From the IMG/VR virus record IMGVR_UViG_3300034004_000005: a DNA stretch of 64,000 nt; one strand, written 5' to 3'. Positions 46,946 to 56,800 of the stretch are shown piece by piece; the first letter of the stretch is position 1, and each line of letters opens with the position of its first letter. The position numbers were made by a program, and so were the translations under genes. Source of the DNA: a virus. Under the pieces are notes generated by a model that did not search any database, had not been told where the DNA came from, and was given only the letters and a program-made list of their open reading frames with translations.

Positions 46946-47431
46946 ATGCAGATCACTCTCATTCAGACCGAGATCGAGGAAGCGATCCGGAATTATGTCA
47001 ACAACCAGGTCAACCTCAAGCCGGGAATGCGGATCGACATCGAGCTTGCAGCTACCCGTGGAGCTGATGGTTTTAAGGCCACCATCGATATCGTCCGTGA
47101 GGACAGTCCGGTACCCGAGGCCGTCCAGGAGGAGGCTCCGGCTGCTGCCGCCGAGGTGTCGGTTCCTGCTGCCACCACCGCTCCTGCTACCACTCGCAAA
47201 GCTCAAACTCGGGTTGCCAAGCCCGATCCTGCTGTCGCAGCTTCTCCGATTCCAGCCACAGCCGCAGAGGCTTCGACCGAAACGACGGACGCTACCAACC
47301 CGGCTGCCGAGCTGATCGCTGATGCAGCGACCACCAGTGCGGAAACTGCTCCGGCAGAATCGACCGAGACGAGACCGGCAACGCCTGGTAAGTCTCTGTT
47401 CGGCGGCTTGAGCCTGCCGAAGAACGCCTAA
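46946..47431 (+). CDS. Hypothetical protein: small N-domain, disordered Ala/Pro/Thr linker, KSLFGG tail (161 aa)
   Basis: I prefer the internal ATG 46946 to track start 46649, which overlaps the resolvase gene. The C-terminus ...PGKSLFGGLSLPKNA shares KSLFGG with the SSB. Confidence 0.55.
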   Translation: MQITLIQTEIEEAIRNYVNNQVNLKPGMRIDIELAATRGADGFKATIDIVREDSPVPEAVQEEAPAAAAEVSVPAATTAPATTRKAQTRVAKPDPAVAASPIPATAAEASTETTDATNPAAELIADAATTSAETAPAESTETRPATPGKSLFGGLSLPKNA

Positions 47432-47446
47432 CAGGGAGGCACCAGG

Positions 47447-47617
47447 ATGGGCAGGAATTTGATCCTCTGGCTCTTCGGCATGGCGGCTCTATACCTGTTC
47501 GTCCTGGCTCTCGCTGTCGTCATGCCGTACCTGATCGGGCTGAGCCTGATTGGTTATGTGCTGTACCGTATTCACCTCTGGCTCGTAGCCGAGGATGAGA
47601 AAAAAACACTGAGGTGA
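47447..47617 (+). CDS. 56-aa membrane protein, last gene of the rightward block
   Basis: GGGAGG SD. Sequence: MGRNLILWLFGMAALYLFVLALAVVMPYLIGLSLIGYVLYRIHLWLVAEDEKKTLR (two TM helices). Below the track cutoff. Confidence 0.5.
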   Translation: MGRNLILWLFGMAALYLFVLALAVVMPYLIGLSLIGYVLYRIHLWLVAEDEKKTLR

Positions 47618-47817
47618 AAAAAACCTCTTGTGTTCCCCCAGGCACTAGCAGTAGGGGGTCTCTCGTCAGACGGAACGGCGTCAAACCCGAACCAACTGAC
47701 AGGATGCTTAGGCCAGGGTCCCGTACTCGAACCTCAGCTGTCTGGGTTGCATGGCGACCTACCAACCGACCGGCTTCGGCCCAGTAGGAAGGGAATTAAC
47801 CTTTCAACCCTACAGGC

Positions 47818-47852
47818 CCCCCGGAGAGCGATCTCTGGGGGTTTTCCTTTTT
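47818..47852 (+). terminator. Rho-independent terminator of the rightward block, abutting the vRNAP stop codon
   Basis: CCCCCGGAGA-GCGA-TCTCTGGGGG (10 bp, one G-T pair) followed by TTTTCCTTTTT. Confidence 0.75.
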
Positions 47853-50800
47853 ACTTGATCAGATTGTACCAGGGATTGAGGAAGTGAGCCTGGATCATCT
47901 GATCGAGGCCAAGCGAGTAAGCTGACCTCTGAGGATCTAGGAAAATCGCTCCGGCATTATCCGTAATCGGGGAGCCAGGAAGCTCGGCACCGAATAGACC
48001 CGGGATGCTCATAGCCAACAGAGCATGTACCGGATTATTCCGGATGATCGACATACCGACCTTCATCGACCGAAGCTTGAAGTGCCAGAACCACATCAGG
48101 CCGTTTGTCTCCAGAGCTCCACGAGTACGACCCGGTAGCCTGTCGTAGTTGACGAACTCTTCTGTAATCCGAGCCATCGCTTGTTCGTGGCTCTCACCCT
48201 TCTTCTTGGTCAGATGATCATAGAGCACAGCCTTACCGAGGAAATCCCCGTACTGGATCGCCCGCTGAAGACCTTGGAACAGGGCAGTATCCCGGCTGAT
48301 GATCGCATAGCGACCTAGCGTCTGGACTGGTCCAGGGAGCTTGCTGGTCAGCTTCTCGACGAACTCGGTCAGTCGACCCTCGGAAAGCGTGAGCTGCTCC
48401 TGGGTGATGGTCACGTCCGAGATCGAGGCGAACTCACCTGCATTGATCAACGGCCAAATCGAGAGACGACGATGGCTATCGTTGATCGCACGCTCTTCAG
48501 CCTGAAGCTTGTTCCGCTTGTCGGTGTTCGATCCAACAGCACGAAGCTCAGCCTCGACCTCAATCAGGCGTCGCCGGCTTTCCATGTAGTCCTGGATCTC
48601 GGCAGTCTTCTTCGGCATCCCACGAAGGATATCGTTGACGGGCACACCCCGGCTCAGGAGCTGAAGGAAGTTCGCAGCCAGGTTCGCCACAGGCACGATC
48701 ACCGACTTGATGACGATCAGGACCTTGGCATCCTGCACCAGGTTCTGCCAGCCCCGCTCGGCCAGCATGATGTACCGATAGGCATCGACCCCGAACACAC
48801 CCGTAGCCAGCTTCTTGAAGGCTTCCTGGGTCGGCTTCGGCCAACGACTGATCCCAGTCCAGCTGTCCCCCAGGGAAGCGTTCCTGTAGCCCATCACATC
48901 GTTGAGCATGTCCTTTCGGACCCAGAACTGATCCTTACCAAACTGGCTCTCGATATAATCCCGGGTCTCATTGTTCATGAGTGACACGGCATCCTTGAGA
49001 ACAGGATCTGTCAGGGTGCCGAACAAGTTGACATATTCGTCAGCCTTGAGCGTCTTTTCACTGGTCCAGAGAGCTTTTGCTCGCTGAGCAAGTACCCGAT
49101 TGAAAAGCCTCGACTGCTCTTCCTCAATCTGACGTCCGTGCCATGCACCGATCATCTCTGCGATGTTGGTGTTCCGGCCCAGTTTAGCATCATGGACAGG
49201 ATCGATCGCACGCTCATAAGCAATAACCTCGCCTGTCTCGTCGTAGAGAGGCATCAGGGTTTCAAGCGTGTTGTCGTTCCGGGCCAAACGACGCTTAATC
49301 ATCGACACCTCATTGGGATCGGTGATCTGTCCAGCCGTGATCATCGAGTTGGTGAAGCCCGTCAGGGGATCCACACCCGATGCAGTCTCACGAACATTCT
49401 GGATGATACCCTGGTTGAACGTACCACGACCAGATACTGGCGAGAAGTAATATGCCTTTCGCACAGTATTACCTTCGCCGCGGCTGCCGTTATACTCAGC
49501 AACCTTCCGATAACCCCGAGCTAACAGCTGACCTTCTTTGCTGATTTCCTCAACAATTAGGCTGGCCCCTAGAGCAGCTTCAGAAGGCATATAGCCTTTA
49601 TAGTGATTGGCTTCAGCCAAGCTCGACCGGCTTACCTTGTCCAGCTCATCCTTACGCTGACCGATCAGGTACGAGATCATGAAGGACATGCCCGCAGCTT
49701 CGCTGTTGGCGAGCGTCTCCAGGTTGGCCTTTGTCTCTTGGTTCAGGCCTTCGATGGCATACAACGAGACTAGATTATCAATCGCCTGGATCAACGCCAC
49801 AGACGGGTTAGCCCGGCCAGGCTGATAGACACCTTCACCATGCAGCGAAGCAATCGCCTTGGCATTGCGAAGCATCTTCCACGGGACCTTACCCGTGTTC
49901 ATGAACTCAGCGAGCTCCTTCGACTTCCGCTGGATCAAGGTCCAGTTGGAGCCAGCGAGAGAAGATACCTGCTGCTCAGCATCCGTAACCTTCGAGGTCA
50001 CAGCACCAGGGGTCTTGAACAGATCAACGATCTGGTCCTCGGTCATTCCCTGGAGAGCACCAAGATCAGCCTTGGCCATCTTGAACAGATGCGTCCACTC
50101 ATGCTTCTTAAGTTCACGAGAGAACCGGCTCTTGATGATCCGAGGAAGATCTTCACGAAAAACCTGACGAAGCTGCTGCACCCGAGCCCGGACCAGCTTG
50201 ATCATGTCATACACCGAAGCGTTCGAGTCGGTACGACCCACTACCTCGTTGGCTAGATCCGACATCCACTTGGGGAGGTTGGTCTTGTTGACCATTGACA
50301 TGAAGCCTTGAGCAAGCTCACCTGCTTTCCTGTCATGGATGAGAGAAGCCGTGATCTCGGCGACCTTGGCTCCGCCCTGGACCAGCCGGTTGTTCGTGGC
50401 AGCCTGGATCTGCTGGGCTCGGGCAATGACGGTTTCGGCCCCTTGCTGAACAGCTCCAACGAAAGCATCGTTGATGGTGTCGACGACGCCATGACCCTTA
50501 GTCACAACCGTATCGATCCACATCTGCTTGTCTTGAGCGACCTCGACGATGTGATCTGTCAGCACAGCGATTGCAGATGCCACGTTAGGAGCATCTCGAT
50601 CAGCACCGCTTACAGTCGCACTGAGCTTGTCCATCAGATACGTGCCTGCGTTCTCAAGCACGTTGTCGACTGAATCCCACTTGTTGAGCTCAGTCTTCGG
50701 AACGGGAACACTACGGAGAACCCGACGGAAGTCTTCGTTCACCGTGGCCAAGCCAAGAAATACCGGCAACAATGTCGACCGGTTATAGGTATCCTTCTGC

Positions 50801-53800
50801 TGACCAATACGTCCAACGATGAAGTCAAACTTCTTCTGAGCGTAATACCGGTCAACCAACGGATCAGTTGAGTTCTCCGGCATGAAACTTTCAGGCGTCA
50901 GCTCTTTGATCACATGAGCGTAGAGCTTACCGACTTCATTGATCGAGTTGGGATCGAGCTCTGTTTGCAGAGCCAGAGCACCAACGATCACACTGAAGGT
51001 CCCACTCTCCTGCATGTTCATCGGGAAGTGGATCTCAGCATCTCGAACGATGTCGTTTACCAACATGATCGCATCGTCATGCCGACGATCACGATCCCTC
51101 ATCAGGATCGGATCAACATCCATGAAGGCTGTGATCTTACGCTCAAAGGTCTGGTGGATCTTGGTCAGTCGTTCATCAGTACCGAACGTCTGGTTCTGGA
51201 AGAGACCCTGCTCAGTCACGATTTCCTGCACAGTCGGAGCTGAGTTAATTAGGATCCCGGCATTGAACTGGAGGTTCGACAGCATGTCGTCTGCCACTGG
51301 AAGACCAGCTCGCTTACCCCAGATCAGCTTCTTGATTGCGTCGACCACATCTTTCGCAAGACGAGCGAGAGGAGTTGCTTCCTTCTGGCTCAGAAGATCC
51401 ATCAGCTCCTGATTACTCAGGGCCCATGCCATGAACTCGTTTAGGGCAGCTGCCTTGCCGACAGGCGTACCTTTGCGGAGATGCTCACGCATAGCAGCAC
51501 GAGTATTGTTGTAGGCGTCTTCAGCCTGGACAGGGATCTGGCCCTCGATCTTCGAGAGGCCGACGAACTGGTTAGCCAGTGCTTCGATACGCTTAATCGC
51601 ATCACGAACGATCTGACCATTCTCACCGAATGATCCACCAGTATATCCATTTACCAGTGTCTCGAAAGTGGCAGCATGGATCAATTCATGGGTCAGCGTT
51701 TCAGACGTCGCATTGGCTGTGTAGATGATCTTGTCAGCGAACGAGATGTAACCCTGGACCTGGCCTTCACGGATCGGAGGACCCTGCACGCCATTGGCTG
51801 TGGCCCAATTTCGAATGTTATCGATGGACCCATTGATGACGCGGTAGCCCTTCACCGAAAGCGACCGCATGATCTCGGCCAGCATCAGCTTCTGACCAGC
51901 CGGGATCTTGAGCTTCGGGACCATCCGGCCAAGCTCGGTACGAGAGATGCTACGGATCCCGTTTCCAAGGTCCCTGGACGCATCCAGGAGCTCGTCAGCG
52001 ATGTTGCCCGCCTCTTCGGCAGGTTGGGCCTGGACGGGCTTCTCTGTGGCTTCCTGGGCCGTCTCTGACCGGATCTTTGCAAGCTCGGCTCTGAGCTCGT
52101 CGTTGAGCCGCTTCACAGCCTCCTGCTCGGACAGCTCGGATAGATCGATATCACCCGACTGCTGGAAGGGCACACCGACGGCAGCCATTTGATCGACCGA
52201 CAGCTTGACCCGCTTCAGCACACGATGCCGGGCTTCGATGCTCTGGGAGATGCCCTCCATCTCGGCGACGAGATTGGTCATCAGCTCCCGGACATCTGCC
52301 CTGGAAATCTTGGCAGGCTTGGCACCAAAGCCTAGCAGAGCCTGCACCAGCTCAGCGTGCTGCTCATTCGTGGTGTTGTTGAAGTCAGCGTTCTGCATGA
52401 AGGTCCGATAGGACTTCAGCACATTGGCTACCGGGTTCTGCATCATTGCAGCCCAAGCAGCTTCGTTCGCCTGACGTGAGCTCTCATCCATCAGGTGCAA
52501 AGCGACGTTCACACCGTCAAAGATTTTGATCGTCTGCTCGACAGCGTTCTTCATCGTCGCCATCGTCTGCATCATGAAGGCGTCGCCATTACCGATCACC
52601 ATCATCGGCATGGTACGCACACCCGGGTTCTCCGGGAGATTGAAGTAAGACGAGGTACGGTACTTGCCACTCAAGGCACGACCAAACTCAGTCTGACCAA
52701 ACTCAGAGCTCTGTGAACCAGCAGGATAAAACCTCTGGTTTCCCGTATCGATCACAGGCGAGAGGCCCGACAGGCTTTCGAATACTTCGTCCTGTTCTTT
52801 CGGAGACAGAGCTTCGTCGGCATTCTTGCCCTCCATACGCTTCAGGAACTCAGCCTGGTATGCGTACTTCAGGAAGATACCCTGGCTCTGTCCTGCAATT
52901 CGAATGGCTTCCATCGAGTTCATGACCGACTGGCCGACGGTATCCGAGATCACCTGGCGGAGCGGTTTCACAAAGAGAGCGTGAACATGCCCGACCATTT
53001 CGTCGAACTGTTCATTACTGACCTTGAAGGTCTCCGGGTTAATCTTCGGAGTTTTCACTCCGTTAGCAACAGATACCAAAGGCGAACCGAGCTCGAAAAG
53101 TTTGGTCACAAAGTCATTGAGCAGCTGCTCAGACGTTTGATCCGTTGATGCCTTGTCCTTGAACATTGCATCAGCAAAGGACAGACTCTTGTCGGCTGCC
53201 ATTTTTTCGCTGGCTTCAGACATACGTTCATAGACCTTCGACAGAAGATCATTGACGATGTTACCAGCGATACCTTTTTCACCCGATCCGTAGATCGTAA
53301 TCGTTGCCGGGTTCTTGATCAGGCCACGATCATATTCACGACGGGTTCCACCTTCAGCTGCTTCGTCGACGACAGTCTTGACCCCACCACCAACAGTTTC
53401 GAGAAGATCGAGAAGGTTGTTGAGGAGTTTTACGTTGATCTGATTGCCGACGTCTGTCCGTTCTCCGCTTAAGATCTCATAGAGCCGATTGGCTGCGGTC
53501 CCGTACAGATCGACGTTCACCGACTGGCGATGTTGGTTCATCGTCTGTTGCGGGTTACGCAAGAAGACACCGGCCTTCGCCATGTTAGCAATCTGCTCTT
53601 CGTCGAAGTGATTGCTGTTCGTCATCATGATGGCGTTTGAGATGCCGTTGGCTACACCATCGGCCTCGACATAAAGCTGAGTAGTGAAGGACTTCCGTCC
53701 TTCAGCATCTGTTGCTTTGTAACGGGCATAGTCGAACAGAGCATGGAAGCCCATTGGCTCGACTTCACCACCGAGACTTTCGCGGATCGTGTCGACATCT

Positions 53801-56800
53801 TTCGCAGTTAGAGCGAAAGGATCCTGGTGCCACCGGGTCAGGATCTCGACAGCGGGAGCATATTCAGCTTCCAGCTTCACGAGGATCTTGTCTACCGTGT
53901 CGGCCCGCAGAGACCGATCAACCTTCTCACCCAGAGCCTGGGCCAGAGCGAGACCATACCGGCTGAAGCCATCACCTTGCAGGTCGGAAAGATCCAACGT
54001 GCTCTTCATCGGCAGATAGACTTCACGGACCAGCTTGCTTGCTTGAGGCGAGTTCCGCCCCAGCTGCTGCATACGTCCGACCTTCGACATATTGTGATCG
54101 AAGAAGACTTGGGCCTCTTCCACCGTCTTGCCGTTGCTGTTGGCCCAATGCTCCAGCTGATTGATCAGACGTCCGACTGTCGTGATAGCAGACGTCAACG
54201 TCAGGTTCTGACCCTTCAGTTTGGCCTTGTGCTCCACATTAAGTGGACGTTTGTCGATGTCAGGATGACCGAACAAACGGATCATCATATTCTCGCCCAT
54301 GCTCTGCCAGAGCGTGATGAGCGGGATGTTCGCCAGGTATGGCGTCTTGTTCTCGTGCTCGATAGCTTTCCTGGCTTCAGCAGTATTCTCAACCCGAGGG
54401 TTGTTCATCTGCGTACGAGCAACTCGCTGAGGCGGAATACCAACGTGATACTCTGGCTCATGATCGATGAGCACAGCTTCTTCGATTGCCGAGGGATAGC
54501 TCTCAATCGGGCTGCCCTTCAGGTCCATTGGAACGAACCGTTCGAAGTCCTTCTTCGGTTCTTTGAGACCATCTTCCCGGGTGACCGTGAACTTGTGGCT
54601 GCCGATGAGATCGTTTTCGACCATCGCACTGAGCACTTCGCTCGCCATCGACTCGGCGATGCCACGAGACAGAGCTTCATCTGTGTCTCGATTGATCGAC
54701 ACACCCCAGAATTGCTGGATCATATTAGCCAGCGACTTCTTGGTCTCAATGACCCCGAGGCCTGCCCTCAGATCATCCATGAATTTTTCGGCCTGTGCTT
54801 CTGACAGACCAAGGATCTCGGCACCCTTTTCGGTGTCGAGTTTTGACCAGTAACGACCAGCAACCAGGGTCCACTGGAGACCAGCAAGAATGGCCCCACC
54901 CAACAACGCTGGGTCGTAGACCAACTTACCGTCCTGTTCGATTAACAGGTTCAAACTCTTACCGTCAGGTTTGAGCAGAATATCGTAAGTATCGCCCTTT
55001 TTCGAGCGACCGTCTTTGCTGTCCGTTTTACGAGTTAGAAGTGTACCATCGAAGATATGCTGCTCTACAGTCTTACCGTCGAGGACCTGACTGAGACGAG
55101 CATTCAGCTGCTTGTTCAGGGTTTCTCCGAGACCTTTCGAACTTTTCATCAAGCTCTGGTAATTGCTGGCGATCTCGGGCGTGAGCTCCGAACGACTGTT
55201 CTTACCGAGGAACTCGACGAACTTCTCAGCCGAGCTGAGCACGTCACGGATCTTCGAGACCGGACGATCCACATCGACCAGTCGAGACCGTTCATTCGAT
55301 GACGGCTTGAAAGCCTTAGTGAAGTAGCCTTTTAGACCAGCAAAGCGATCAGGCTTTTCCTCAACCTTTTCCACAGGGGCAGGCTCAGGTGCCGGGGTAG
55401 CTTCTGCCATTGGCTCAGAACTCGGTTTTGCCGAAGGCAAAACCTCGCGTCGCGGCTCCGCTTTCGGCTCAGGCTTTGCCTTGGGCTCAGGAGCCCTCAG
55501 ATCCAGCTCAGGCTGACGATCCTGCTCACGCAGCTCCACCTCGGTCTTAGCCGCCTGGTTGAGCTGCTCCTCGGTGAAACCTGTCTTCTCCTCTGCCGTC
55601 TGTTCCGGCTCGGCTTTCGCCTCGCTGGGGGGAGCGGCTTCAATCGTCTCTGCGACAGGAGCTTCCACAGGAGGCTTGGCTTTCGCCTGAGCATTCCGAC
55701 GAGCTGCTTCGACTGGATCACCTTTAAGCTCTGGAGCCAAGGAAGTAACTTGCAGCTTCTCGATCCCAAGTTCGGGATAGATTTCAGTCAAGCTGTTGAC
55801 GATACCAGCTACTGCACGGGCATCATTCTCGACACGCTGAGCGAAGTCGATGGTCGAGGGAACAGTTGCATTTACCCATGCACGAGTCTGGGACTTACGC
55901 CAAACACCGCTGGCTGTGAAATTCTCGTACTGGATACCCTTTGACTGCTGACCATCACCATTTTGTAGGTGCTGGTTGATAGCAGCAACTTTGTTGAACA
56001 GGGTCTCACCCAGGTTCCGCAAACGCTGGAACTGCTTGGTTGCTGACTCTGCATCACCCACACGCATTGCATCGGTGATGATCCGTGCGTGCTCGATGGC
56101 CGAGGGTTGCTTCTCACCCTTGCCAGTCGTCTCAGTGAGGATCTGATCCGTCACCACACTCGGCGAGGTCTTGAGCTTCGCAGCAGCTTCCTGATGCTGC
56201 ATTGCAACACGAGCAAGATTTCGAGCAGTCATCAAAGCATTACGCTGATAATCGCTCAGTTGGATGGTACCTTTTTGCTCTTCCTGGAGCAGACCATCTA
56301 TAGCATTCGGATCGATCTTATCCGGAGCAACTTCAGCCACAGCCACAGCTGTGTTGATGTTCTCTACGGTTGGAGCCGAAGTGACCTTGGCTTTGGCCAT
56401 GATCTCTTTGATTTTACCCATCGCATTCTGCACGACAGGCGTATTCCGAAGTCCCTTGAGGACCTCGTTATAACGCTTCAGTTCAGAAGCAACGGTCTTC
56501 CCTTCCTCGGTGTCTTCGAGGACGTCATAGGCTTCGAGTGACTGTACCCCAGCGTCGTCATTCTCCTGGAGCTGCTTATGCAGTTCAGCAGCTGCCTCAG
56601 CTTTCTCTTCAGGCGAGGACTTCGAGCTCTCGATAAAAGTGGCGAGTTGGTTGACCAAATCGAAGCGAGTACGAGCTCCAGCTACTACCGCCTTGATCTT
56701 CTCACGGACAGGTAATGCAGCAATCTCATCAGGCTGCACTGGCATCCGGGCCAAGAAATTCTTCATGGCTTCACTGGATTTCTGAGCAGCTTCAGCAACA

